DNA of 64,000 bases from a virus. The DNA lies in the IMG/VR virus record IMGVR_UViG_3300044617_001156; one strand, given 5' to 3'. Below the pieces are notes generated by a model. That model ran no database searches, had not been told where the DNA came from, and saw only the letters and a list, made by a program, of their open reading frames with translations. Shown in pieces: positions 26,484 through 36,457 of the stretch. How positions within the stretch are numbered: position 1 is the first letter of the stretch; each line of letters starts with the position of its first letter. A program made the translations under genes and the position numbers.

Positions 26484-29400
26484 ATGCCTCAAGAAACTAA
26501 TCTCAATGTATCTCCATATTTTGATGATTTTGATGCGAATAAGAACTTTTATAAGGTTCTTTTTAAACCTGGACAACCAGTACAAGCAAGAGAACTAACC
26601 ACTCTACAATCAATACTCCAAAATCAAATTGAAACCTTCGGAAATCATATTTTCAAAGAGGGTTCATTGGTAATTCCCGGTGGATTGAATTATATTCCTA
26701 ACCTCATAGGAGTGCAAATTCAACCTACTTTTAATGGAGTATCTGTAGATAGTTACATTGATAATTTATTAAATCGGGACATTATAGGAGAAGATTCTGG
26801 TGCTAGAGCTAGGGTTGTAAGAATACTCAAAGCAGGAGAAGAGGGTAATCCATTTACCCTTTTGTATTGTACATTTAAATCTGATGCAAATTCTTTCTTA
26901 AGTCAGGAAAATTTACTAACCGAGTCTGTAGTATCTCCAGGATTCTCTACATTAACTCAGATAAATTCAGGACAATCTTTCTGTACGACAATTGTAGAAA
27001 ATCCAAATGTACTTGGTTCTGCTCTTATTGTAAATGAGGGAGTATATTTTATCCGTGGATATTTCATAAATGTACCAACTCAAAATATTATTTTAGATTG
27101 GAACAATAATTTTCCGTCTTATAGTGTTGGATTTGAAATATTTGAGGAAATTATTACCGCAGATGATGATTCCTCTTTATATGATAATGCAAGAGGATTT
27201 TCTAACTTTGCAGCTCCTGGTTCAGATAGATTCAAGATTACTGCAGTATTAGATAAAAGACAGATTACTGTTAATGAAACCAATTCAGTAACCGATAAAA
27301 ATTATGTTGAAATTTTTAGAGTTCTTGAAGGAGATCTTAAAAAATTAAATCGCAATGCTCAATATGATGAAATTGCAAAGGAATTTGCCAGAAGAACTTA
27401 TGATGAATCTGGAGATTATTATGTAAGACCATTTACAATAGAAGTAAAAGAATCTTTAAATGATTTCCTAGGAAACGATGGTGCTTATTTTCCCGAGGAA
27501 ATTACTTCTCAGGGACTAACACCAAGTGAAGACTTAGGTGTTTATAAAATATCTGCAGGTAAGGCATATATTCAAGGATATGAAGTAGAAAATTTAGGAA
27601 CTCAACTTTTAGATTTTGTAAAACCAAGAACTACAAAAGAACTTAGAAATCAATATATCAATTTTGCCAATGGTTCATCATTTACTTTAAATCGTGTTTA
27701 TGGAGCTCCTTCTTTAGAAATAGATGGTTCTTATATCGTAAGCCTCAGAGATTCTAGAGTTGGCGTATCTCAGACTACTGCTCCGGGGAAAGAAATTGGA
27801 TTGGCAAGAGTTTATGATTTTGCTTTAGAATCTGGTCTTTATAATGAAAGTGTGGAGAATCTCAATGAATGGGATATTTCATTGTATGATATTCAAATGT
27901 ATAATGAATTTACATTGAATGAACCAACTACACTAACGATTCCAACTCATATTAAAGGAAAAGCAAGTGGAGCAACTGCGTTTTTACGATATGCAACATC
28001 TAACTCTGGAATTATCACTGCATACAATATTGAAGGAAACTTCCAAGTTGGAGAAAAGTTAATATTTGATGATAAAGAAACTAATGCAAGAGTTTCAATA
28101 GCAGTAACTGAGTATGGGGTATCTGATGTAAGTTCTTTATATGGAATTGTTGGTACAGCATATACTTTTACTGGAGATGTTAAACCCATTGTTGTTGCAG
28201 ATTTTGGTCCAGTTTCAATTAGTACCGCTTCTGTTGGAATTAGCACTGTACGCACAAGTAATCCAGATTTATTCTTTAATGTAGCACTAAAGAAAAACGA
28301 TATAGTAACATATAATGTTCCTGGAATTTCTACTTTTACATACTCACGGGTAGTATCAGTATCAGAAAAATCATTTACTATTGCAGGAATTACCACCGTT
28401 GCCGGAATATGTGAAGGTGCGTTACCTTCATCTGCGGTTAATTTAAATAATATCTTCTTACTAAAGTCTCCGCTTAAAGAATCATCAAATAACACTTTAT
28501 TTACACCTCTACCCAAAGAAAATGTATCAACGGTAGATTTAACAGATTCATATCTGTTTATTAGAAGAGAGTTTGACGTACAAATTTCGGCAAATGCAGT
28601 TACAATTTCTCCGACGGCATTAGAATCAACCGAGTTTTTCGTTCCATTTGATGAGGAAGACTATGTGTTAGTTAGGAAAGATGGAGAATTAGAACCACTT
28701 TCTTCAGATAAGTTCTCATTTACTGATAATAATAGAGGGCTTTCAATATTTGGTCTTGGAACTAATAGTGATGCAAGACTCATAGCAACTATTCAAAGAG
28801 TTAAAATTAAGGCAAAACAAAAGAATAAGATTAAAATTTCAACTCTTACTCTAGATAAATCTTCAAATCCAGGTTCTGGAATTGGCGCTACTACATTAAA
28901 TGATGGATTAGTTTATGGAAATTATCCTTATGGAACAAGAGTTCAAGACTCTGAAATTTGTTTAAATTATCCGGATGTAAGTAAGATTTATGGGGTTTTT
29001 GAATCAAGTAATACTTCTGATCCTATTTTACCATCACTTTCATTAATTGATATTAATGGTGCAAATGGAACAGTTGATGATTTAATTATTGGTGAGGAAA
29101 TTTATGGATCTAATAGTCTTGCTGTGGGAAGATATGTAGGTAAAGTGAATTCAACCACAATAAATTATGTTTTGATTTCTGATAATACATTTTTGGAGGA
29201 TGAAATAATTACCTTCAGAGAATCTGGAACAAGTGGAACTATTAATACTATAGAGATAAGTTCTAATGATATTTCGGACAACTATACTTTTTCTCAAGGA
29301 ACAAAAAATTACATTTATGATTATTCATCCTTACTATTAAATAAAGATAAACTTCCACCATCCAAAAAAATAACACTTGTTTTTGAAAGAGGAGAATATT

Positions 29401-30518
29401 CAGACTCTGATACCGGAGATCTGACTACTATAGATTCTTATGCTCAGTATGATTGGTGCGAAGTTCCATTTACAGATGGAATCAATAATGGCGACACAAT
29501 TGATTTACGTCCTAGAGTCGCTAATTACATAGTTTTAGAGAATTCTAGGTCACCATTAGAATTCTTAGGTAGATCTTTTGGTGTTACTGGAAATTCTGCA
29601 CGAAATATTATCGCATCAGATACTTCCATAGTATCTAATTATTCTTATTACGTAGGAAGAATTGATAAAATTTATCTATCCAGAGATAATACCCTTCAAG
29701 TGAGACAGGGAGAACCATCAGATAATCCACTACCACCAGAACCAATTGAAAATGCTCTGGAAATTGCTACTGTGATTATTCCACCTTATCAGTGTAACGC
29801 AGAAAGTGCTTTAGTAATTCTTACTGAGCATAAAAGATATCAGATGAAAGATATTGCAAGACTCGAAAATAGAATTAAGAATCTAGAGTATTACACTACA
29901 TTATCATTACTGGAAAAAGATACTTCAACTCTAACTATTAAAGATGTGAATGGTATTGATAGATTTAAGAGTGGTTTATTTGTAGATAACTTTAAGACTA
30001 CGACATTCCAAATTAAAGAAACGGAAGTTAAGAATAGTATTGACATGAAGAGAGGTGAGTTAAGACCAACACCATATACGACTGAAATTGATCTTTTATT
30101 AGGTGATAATACTCTTCTAAATAATGAAGATACATTTTTTACATCTTATGACGCCAAGTACGCTACTGATTTAATTGGTATCGGAGTGACTCGTAGTGGT
30201 ATTAATCCCACTAGCGCCGGCAAAGGTGTGATTACGCTAAATTATAGAGAAGTAGTTGAAATATCACAACCATTTGCAACAAGAATTGAAAATGTGACCC
30301 CTTACTTCGTAACAGTTTATGATGGAATTATGGATTTAAATCCATCATCAGACATCTGGGTTGATAGAACTCAACTAAGTCCATTAACAGTAGAAGGATT
30401 TACTGCACAAATGACTACAACTACATTACAACTTACAAAAGAACAAATAGACACTCAAGGCGGATGGAGTCCAATCGTATGGGATTCTTGGTCTGACCAG
30501 TGGGCTGGTAGTTTCTAA
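26484..30518 (+). CDS. VrlC-like virion/baseplate structural protein, N-terminal half
   Basis: PYFDDFD...YKVLFKPG.PVQARELTTLQSILQNQI; RYQMKDIARLENRIKNLEYYTTLSLLE; position after gp8. Confidence 0.85.
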   Translation: MPQETNLNVSPYFDDFDANKNFYKVLFKPGQPVQARELTTLQSILQNQIETFGNHIFKEGSLVIPGGLNYIPNLIGVQIQPTFNGVSVDSYIDNLLNRDIIGEDSGARARVVRILKAGEEGNPFTLLYCTFKSDANSFLSQENLLTESVVSPGFSTLTQINSGQSFCTTIVENPNVLGSALIVNEGVYFIRGYFINVPTQNIILDWNNNFPSYSVGFEIFEEIITADDDSSLYDNARGFSNFAAPGSDRFKITAVLDKRQITVNETNSVTDKNYVEIFRVLEGDLKKLNRNAQYDEIAKEFARRTYDESGDYYVRPFTIEVKESLNDFLGNDGAYFPEEITSQGLTPSEDLGVYKISAGKAYIQGYEVENLGTQLLDFVKPRTTKELRNQYINFANGSSFTLNRVYGAPSLEIDGSYIVSLRDSRVGVSQTTAPGKEIGLARVYDFALESGLYNESVENLNEWDISLYDIQMYNEFTLNEPTTLTIPTHIKGKASGATAFLRYATSNSGIITAYNIEGNFQVGEKLIFDDKETNARVSIAVTEYGVSDVSSLYGIVGTAYTFTGDVKPIVVADFGPVSISTASVGISTVRTSNPDLFFNVALKKNDIVTYNVPGISTFTYSRVVSVSEKSFTIAGITTVAGICEGALPSSAVNLNNIFLLKSPLKESSNNTLFTPLPKENVSTVDLTDSYLFIRREFDVQISANAVTISPTALESTEFFVPFDEEDYVLVRKDGELEPLSSDKFSFTDNNRGLSIFGLGTNSDARLIATIQRVKIKAKQKNKIKISTLTLDKSSNPGSGIGATTLNDGLVYGNYPYGTRVQDSEICLNYPDVSKIYGVFESSNTSDPILPSLSLIDINGANGTVDDLIIGEEIYGSNSLAVGRYVGKVNSTTINYVLISDNTFLEDEIITFRESGTSGTINTIEISSNDISDNYTFSQGTKNYIYDYSSLLLNKDKLPPSKKITLVFERGEYSDSDTGDLTTIDSYAQYDWCEVPFTDGINNGDTIDLRPRVANYIVLENSRSPLEFLGRSFGVTGNSARNIIASDTSIVSNYSYYVGRIDKIYLSRDNTLQVRQGEPSDNPLPPEPIENALEIATVIIPPYQCNAESALVILTEHKRYQMKDIARLENRIKNLEYYTTLSLLEKDTSTLTIKDVNGIDRFKSGLFVDNFKTTTFQIKETEVKNSIDMKRGELRPTPYTTEIDLLLGDNTLLNNEDTFFTSYDAKYATDLIGIGVTRSGINPTSAGKGVITLNYREVVEISQPFATRIENVTPYFVTVYDGIMDLNPSSDIWVDRTQLSPLTVEGFTAQMTTTTLQLTKEQIDTQGGWSPIVWDSWSDQWAGSF

Positions 30519-30534
30519 TAAGGAGGAATAAAAA

Positions 30535-33500
30535 ATGGCATCACGTTCAAGCGGAAGTGGAAGAGGCGGTAGCGGCGGCGGCGGCGGTAGCGGCAGCGGA
30601 GGAGGCGGCGGCGGCGGCGGAGGCGGCGGCGGTGGTGGAGGAGGTGGAGGCGGCGGCGGCGGAGGCGGCGGCGGCGGCGGAGGAGGAGGCGGCGGCGGTG
30701 GAGGCGGCGGCCGCGGCGGAAGCAGTGGTGGATCCAGCAGTAGCAGCAGTGGCGGTGCCAGCAGAACATCCTCACCAAGTAGATCGGCTGGCGGTGGAGC
30801 ATCATCTTCACCTTCATCTTCACCTTCATCCTCAACTTCAGCTTCAAGATCAGCACCATCCTCACCTAGAGGAGTTGCCACTTCTGCACCCGCAAGAACA
30901 TCTTCTATAGGTCCTGGAGGCGTTGTAGCAGGCGTTGGATTCAATAATAGTTTAACAACGAACGCTACCAGAGTTAGCACTCTTACGCAAGCAGTTAATT
31001 CAATTGCCGCAGGAGCGCAGTCTTCATTTATTTCACGACCAACGCTAACCTCTTTTTTTGGTCGTCCAATTGCAGGATTTACTGTTGTCAATAATGAGAG
31101 TGGTGCCGATAGAGTCAAAGCCGTTCGGGCGCCGATTCAGCGACCGGGGGAACCGACAAAAACACCAACAGGTGATCCGGAGAGAGGAGATCCGCCCAAA
31201 CCTTGCCCAGATCCAAATACACTAATTTTATTATCTGATGGATCACAAAAAAGAGCTGGAGATCTTCAAGTCGGAGATACACTAAGAACTCAACATGAGG
31301 ATACTCTAGAGTGGGGAGAACATAATGTTACTTATGTAGAAATTGTAAGTGCGGAAAAATTAATCCTTACTTTTGATAATGTAGAGTTTGTCTGTTCTAC
31401 TTCTCACAAGTTCTATGTGGAAGGTAAAGGGTGGACTGAAGTTAACCAAATGGAAATTGGTGACTCTGTACTTGGTTTGGAACAGTCTCATAAGTTACTC
31501 GAAGTAAAGGAAGGAACTTATGGTGATGTAGTTGTTATTCAAGTTGAAGACGCACATACTTATATTTCTGAAGGACTACTATCTCACAACAAAACCATTG
31601 GTGATTTTCCTAGTGGTGGTGGTGGCGGAGGTGGCGGCGGTGGCGGTGGCACCTTTATTCCAGGAACTCCAACAATATTTGAAGAAACTACTACCGGAAC
31701 AATATCAAGAACTGGATTTGCTACAAGAATTAACACCACATTTAACAATAAGAGTTTAGGTAATAAACTTTTAAGTCTGGATGTTCTTCCTTACATGAGA
31801 TCCAGAAACATCGAATTTATTGCAAAAAAACTGAAACCAAACACTCTGTTATATCCATTCTTTGATGGTCGAAATGTTTATGAGTACATAGTACCTAAAA
31901 TTCTTGAAATTGAAATGATTTCGGGAACTTTTGTTACCGGAGAAACTGTTGTCGGAGCTTTTCTTCTCGCCAATCCTTCAAACATAAATACAACATCAAC
32001 TCAATCATCAATTCAGTTCCGTCTTGCTGCTTATAATCACAAGTATGGACCTTTTAATGCACCAATTGATGTATATTCTTCAAGTCCATATAATAGGGCA
32101 GAACAACTTCAACCATACTCACCATCATCTACAACACTAAATGTAGATACAACAAGTCTTTCTGATTTATCTCTTGGAACTTATGGTGGTAATGTTTTTG
32201 TTGGAATGATTTTGATTGGCAAACAAAGTGGAGCAGTATCTAGAGTTAGAGAAATAAGACTTGTATCAGATAATGTCGGTACAGTTATTGGTTCTTTCTT
32301 TATTCCTAATCCAAATAGAGCAGGAAATGCAAAATTCTCTACTGGAAATAAAACATTCAGATTAACTGATAATCCAACCAATGGTACAATTGGTGGTACT
32401 TTATATACTTATGCAAATGCTAACTTCTTTGCCGATGGATTAATAACTCAGGCACAAGAGACTATCTTATCCATACGTAATATTGAAACTCAAATTGCCG
32501 TTGTAAGTGAAATTACGACAACTACAAATACAACAGTAACATCTGTACCAGGAACTCCAGTATTTGTTCCTAATTTACCCCCACCACCACCTCCCGCACC
32601 AGCTCCATCCCCAACGCCTATCCCGACCCCAACTCCAGTACCACCAGTACCAATACCAGTACCAAGACCAGTACCAACAACCCCGACTCAACCAAAGCAA
32701 GTAACTGTTCGATCTGTTGGTGGTGATGGTGGCGGCGATGATCCACTCGCACAAACATTTAAAATTGGTTCCGACGAAGACATAATTGGAAGATATGTTA
32801 CTTCAGTAGATCTTTTCTTCTACACCAAATCATCAGAACTTCCTGTTTATGTTGAACTAAGACCAGTTGAACTTGGAGTTCCTACAAAAAAAATCTACCC
32901 ATTTAGTAAGGTAGAAATATTACCACAAAATATTAATGTTTCAACTGACGGAACAGTAGCAACAAGAGTTACTTTCCCCGCACCAGTATTCCTTGAAGGT
33001 AATAAAGAACATGCATTAGTTCTTCTTGCAAGTACAAGTGATTATAGTGTCTTTATATCAAGACTTGGTGAAATTGATATTACAACAGCAGCACTTCCAG
33101 AGTCTCAACAGAGGTTAGTTGCAACTCAACCAACTCTTGGATCTCTCTTTAAATCTCAGAATGCTGCTACTTGGTCACCTTCTCAGTATGAAGACCTCAA
33201 GTTTAATCTTTATTCTGCTGTTTTTGAACCTAGTGGAACTGTAAGTTTCTTTAATCCAGAACTGAATAGAAGTAATGACCAGATTGCCATTCTTCGTAAT
33301 AATGCATTAGACATTGAATCCAGAAGAGTTAGAGTTGGTTTAGGAACTACATTATCAGTATCAACCATTTCAGATCTAACTGAAGGAAGTTTTGTAAGAC
33401 AAAGAGATACGAATGCAATTGGCGATTTTGCTTATGTAACAGGTATAACTACCGGTTCCTTAACTATTACTAACTCTGGTATTGGATATACTCCATCTAT

Positions 33501-35220
33501 AGGAGTTCAAACTTACTCTAATGTTTCACTTACATCTATTGATGGATATGGTAGAGGAGCAACAGCAAATATTACAGTTACCAATGGGATTATTACTGCT
33601 GCCGGAATTTCTTCAGGTGGTACCGGATATCAAGTCGGAGAAATACTAACTGCCGATGCGATTGGTATTACTTCAATTGGTAGAAATTTAAGACTCTCTG
33701 TTGGTCAACTTTTTGCATTCAATGAATTAGTAGTAGATAATGTACAGGGCGAATTCCAAGTTGGAGTTGCAAAGTCTATTCAATACTTTAGTACACTTCC
33801 AGGAATTGGATATACTGACCTTAATGGAGGTTCAGTATTTGCAAATGATATTATTGCAGAAAGAGAAGGACTATATGTTAATGTGAAACATAGAAATCAC
33901 GGAATGCACGCTTTAACTAACGTGGTTCGTATTTCTAATGCTTTTTCCGATATTGCTCCCATCAAACTGACCAATGATGTTGAAAGAGACTTCACAGGTA
34001 ACCTTGTAGTTACTGGACTTACCACTTCTTTCAATACTTTTGAAAATGTTGGTATTTCTTCCACAAATCCAGGTTATCTTGTAGTCAACTCAGAAATTAT
34101 TTCATATACTGGAGTAGATGGAAATTCCATTACTGGTATTACTAGAGGTGTTGATTCAACACTTCAAATCAGACATCCGTCAAATTCTTTTGTTTATAAG
34201 TATGAACTCGCCGGAGTTTCTCTGAGACGAATTAATACCACGCATACACTACAGGATGTAACTGATATTACTAAAGAAAATACTTTAGATTCTTATTATA
34301 TTAAAATTGACCATTCGACTAATGGTGTGGACAGAAGTAGCAATGTAAGTTTCCCTAAACTTTACTTTAACTCCACAAAGTCAACGGGTGGTTCAATTAT
34401 TGAAGCAACTCAAAATATTCCATATGATATTGCTCAACCAATCGTTCAAACTTTCACACCACCACAAACAACTATTACTGCCTCATTGAGGACGATTAGT
34501 GGAACAAGTATTGATGGTTCAGAAGAATCATTCTTAGATAGAGGAACTCAAGTTATTAAGTTAAATCAAAATAACTTCTTCGAAAATCCAAGAATTATAG
34601 CATCTAGAGTCAATGAAAGACTTTTCCTGAATAACTTAATTCAGGGAAATAAATCACTACAACTCACTTTAAATTTATCAACAACAAATCAATACTTATC
34701 TCCAGTTATTGACCTTGATAGAGTGGGAATGATTTTAGCATCAAATAGAGTTAATGCACCAGTAACAGCTTATTCTCTAGATGAAAGAATATCTCTCATA
34801 GAAACTGATCCTAATGCATTTGTATATGTTTCCAAACCAATTGGACTTGAAGTTCCTGCAACGTCTATTAGAGTTATTGTTTCTGCGCATTTGAACATTT
34901 ATAATGATCTAAGAGCATTATTTGCTATTATGAAAGATCCAAATGAAACTCCAGTTTATTATCCCTTCCCAGGAAATGGAAATATAAGTGGTGATGGTAG
35001 AACTATTAACGTTTCATACAATGATGGAAGACCTGATCTTCCACTTAAAGTTACTTCAAAACTTGGATTCTTAAGTGAAGAACTGAATTTCCTTGACTAT
35101 GAATTTACTGTGAACAATCTTGAATCGTTTAAATATTTTAGCATAAAACTCATAGGTGCTTCAACCTCTCAAACATATCCACCAAGATTTAGAGATTTAA
35201 GAATTATTGCTCTTGCATAA
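30535..35220 (+). CDS. VrlC-like structural protein, C-terminal half, preceded by a Gly/Ser-rich leader and a Hint domain
   Basis: AAGGAGG SD; PYMRSRNIEF, DPLAQTF, GSLFKSQN..TW...QYEDLKF, PRFRDLRIIALA motifs. Confidence 0.85.
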   Translation: MASRSSGSGRGGSGGGGGSGSGGGGGGGGGGGGGGGGGGGGGGGGGGGGGGGGGGGGGGRGGSSGGSSSSSSGGASRTSSPSRSAGGGASSSPSSSPSSSTSASRSAPSSPRGVATSAPARTSSIGPGGVVAGVGFNNSLTTNATRVSTLTQAVNSIAAGAQSSFISRPTLTSFFGRPIAGFTVVNNESGADRVKAVRAPIQRPGEPTKTPTGDPERGDPPKPCPDPNTLILLSDGSQKRAGDLQVGDTLRTQHEDTLEWGEHNVTYVEIVSAEKLILTFDNVEFVCSTSHKFYVEGKGWTEVNQMEIGDSVLGLEQSHKLLEVKEGTYGDVVVIQVEDAHTYISEGLLSHNKTIGDFPSGGGGGGGGGGGGTFIPGTPTIFEETTTGTISRTGFATRINTTFNNKSLGNKLLSLDVLPYMRSRNIEFIAKKLKPNTLLYPFFDGRNVYEYIVPKILEIEMISGTFVTGETVVGAFLLANPSNINTTSTQSSIQFRLAAYNHKYGPFNAPIDVYSSSPYNRAEQLQPYSPSSTTLNVDTTSLSDLSLGTYGGNVFVGMILIGKQSGAVSRVREIRLVSDNVGTVIGSFFIPNPNRAGNAKFSTGNKTFRLTDNPTNGTIGGTLYTYANANFFADGLITQAQETILSIRNIETQIAVVSEITTTTNTTVTSVPGTPVFVPNLPPPPPPAPAPSPTPIPTPTPVPPVPIPVPRPVPTTPTQPKQVTVRSVGGDGGGDDPLAQTFKIGSDEDIIGRYVTSVDLFFYTKSSELPVYVELRPVELGVPTKKIYPFSKVEILPQNINVSTDGTVATRVTFPAPVFLEGNKEHALVLLASTSDYSVFISRLGEIDITTAALPESQQRLVATQPTLGSLFKSQNAATWSPSQYEDLKFNLYSAVFEPSGTVSFFNPELNRSNDQIAILRNNALDIESRRVRVGLGTTLSVSTISDLTEGSFVRQRDTNAIGDFAYVTGITTGSLTITNSGIGYTPSIGVQTYSNVSLTSIDGYGRGATANITVTNGIITAAGISSGGTGYQVGEILTADAIGITSIGRNLRLSVGQLFAFNELVVDNVQGEFQVGVAKSIQYFSTLPGIGYTDLNGGSVFANDIIAEREGLYVNVKHRNHGMHALTNVVRISNAFSDIAPIKLTNDVERDFTGNLVVTGLTTSFNTFENVGISSTNPGYLVVNSEIISYTGVDGNSITGITRGVDSTLQIRHPSNSFVYKYELAGVSLRRINTTHTLQDVTDITKENTLDSYYIKIDHSTNGVDRSSNVSFPKLYFNSTKSTGGSIIEATQNIPYDIAQPIVQTFTPPQTTITASLRTISGTSIDGSEESFLDRGTQVIKLNQNNFFENPRIIASRVNERLFLNNLIQGNKSLQLTLNLSTTNQYLSPVIDLDRVGMILASNRVNAPVTAYSLDERISLIETDPNAFVYVSKPIGLEVPATSIRVIVSAHLNIYNDLRALFAIMKDPNETPVYYPFPGNGNISGDGRTINVSYNDGRPDLPLKVTSKLGFLSEELNFLDYEFTVNNLESFKYFSIKLIGASTSQTYPPRFRDLRIIALA
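30598..30711 (+). repeat. GGH trinucleotide repeat encoding 38 consecutive glycines
   Basis: Counted directly; only GGC, GGA and GGT codons, never GGG. Confidence 0.95.
31204..31590 (+). other. Hint (intein-like autoprocessing) domain, 129 aa, no endonuclease
   Basis: Begins CPDPNTLILLSDG.QKRAGDLQVGD, block B CSTSHKF, ends VEDAHTYISEGLLSHN; +1 residue is Lys. Confidence 0.88.
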
Positions 35221-35222
35221 TT

Positions 35223-35447
35223 ATGGAAAAATTACAAGTCAAAGGACATTCAAATCTTTTTAGAGATACTTCCTCCAACGCAATATTAAATACGGACATG
35301 AATGCATATCAAAACTATATGGAGTCTAAAAAAATAAAAGAAAGGGAGGAAAAAAGAATGTCCGATATTGAAGGTGATTTGAATTCACTCAAATCGGATA
35401 TGGATGAAATTAAAACCATGTTAAGGAGTTTGATTAATGGATCCTGA
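35223..35447 (+). CDS. Conserved small coiled-coil protein
   Basis: VKGHSNLFRD..SNAILN; position before the neck genes. Confidence 0.8.
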   Translation: MEKLQVKGHSNLFRDTSSNAILNTDMNAYQNYMESKKIKEREEKRMSDIEGDLNSLKSDMDEIKTMLRSLINGS

Positions 35448-35607
35448 TAAAGTTACTCTTGAAAGTCTGAATAAACTTTTTGAATATGAAAAACTTGCAA
35501 GAGATATAGATAGTATAGATGATATTGAAACTCTAAGGAAGATATCAAAGAGTTATATAAAATTATACTTTAGTCAACAAGAAGTAATCTCAAATCTGAA
35601 TTTCTAA
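35437..35607 (+). CDS. 56-aa helical protein MDPDKVTLESLNKLFEYEKLARDID... (weak NblA-like pattern)
   Basis: Hand-translated; AAGGAG SD; TAATG coupling to gp13. Confidence 0.75.
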   Translation: MDPDKVTLESLNKLFEYEKLARDIDSIDDIETLRKISKSYIKLYFSQQEVISNLNF

Positions 35608-36452
35608 TGGCTCAACCATCTACCAGACAAGAACTCATAGATTATTGCAAAAGAAAACTGGGAGCACCAGTTTTAGAAATTAACGTTGCCGATGAACAAA
35701 TTGAAGATCTGGTAGATGATGCCGTTCAGTTTTTTCAGGAGAGACACTTTGATGGAGTATATCCAACTTTCTACAAGTATAAAGTAACTCCCGATGATAT
35801 TGAAAGAGGTAGAGCGGGATATAGTGGCGGTAGTGTTGGTATAGCAACTACTTCAGCAACGGCAAATATTGTTGGTACAGCAACTACATTTACATATCAA
35901 GAAAATAGTAATTATCTTCAAGTACCACCAAATGTAATTGGTGTGAATAAGATTTTTACTTTTGATGGTGCTAACACCATTACTCATAATATGTTTAGTG
36001 TAAAGTATCAGTTGTTTTTGAACGATGTTTACTACTGGGGAGCAACAGAACTTCTCAGTTATGCGATGGTTAAGACATATCTAGAAGACTTAGATTTCTT
36101 ACTTAATACACAAAAGCAGATAAGATTCAATAAGAGACAGGATAGGTTATACTTAGATATAGACTGGGGTTCAGTAAGTAAAGATCAATTTTTTGTTATT
36201 GATTGTTATTCAACTTTGGACCCTAATGATTACTCAAGAGTTTGGAATGATTCTTTCCTCAAACCGTACTTGACTTCCTTAATCAAGAGGCAATGGGGTC
36301 AGAATATGATGAAATTTACTGGTGTTAAACTTCCAGGTGGTGTTGAACTAAATGGCAGACAAATGTATGATGACGCTCAAAGAGAAATTGATATTCTAAT
36401 GGAGAAAATGTCTAGCACTTATGAACTTCCCCCATTAGACATGATTGGATAA
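35607..36452 (+). CDS. gp13: Neck protein
   Basis: RQELIDYCKRKLGAPVLEINV...KRQWGQN..KF.GVKLPGGV.LNG. Confidence 0.95.
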   Translation: MAQPSTRQELIDYCKRKLGAPVLEINVADEQIEDLVDDAVQFFQERHFDGVYPTFYKYKVTPDDIERGRAGYSGGSVGIATTSATANIVGTATTFTYQENSNYLQVPPNVIGVNKIFTFDGANTITHNMFSVKYQLFLNDVYYWGATELLSYAMVKTYLEDLDFLLNTQKQIRFNKRQDRLYLDIDWGSVSKDQFFVIDCYSTLDPNDYSRVWNDSFLKPYLTSLIKRQWGQNMMKFTGVKLPGGVELNGRQMYDDAQREIDILMEKMSSTYELPPLDMIG

Positions 36453-36457
36453 AATAT

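Noticed and set aside
30510-30540. Sequencing frameshift or pseudogene as the cause of the VrlC split
   Set aside because: Tandem stops, a strong correctly spaced SD and intact long frames on both sides suggest a real two-gene arrangement; read-level confirmation is still needed
30426-31118. Minus-strand poly-Pro and Arg-rich ORFs, and the alternative-frame poly-Ala ORF 30557-30910
   Set aside because: Shadow frames of the GGN repeat, which lacks stops; the Gly frame has the SD and continues into conserved domains
31204-31590. Canonical mobile intein
   Set aside because: No homing endonuclease, +1 residue is Lys rather than Cys/Ser/Thr, and it sits in a low-complexity linker rather than a conserved motif
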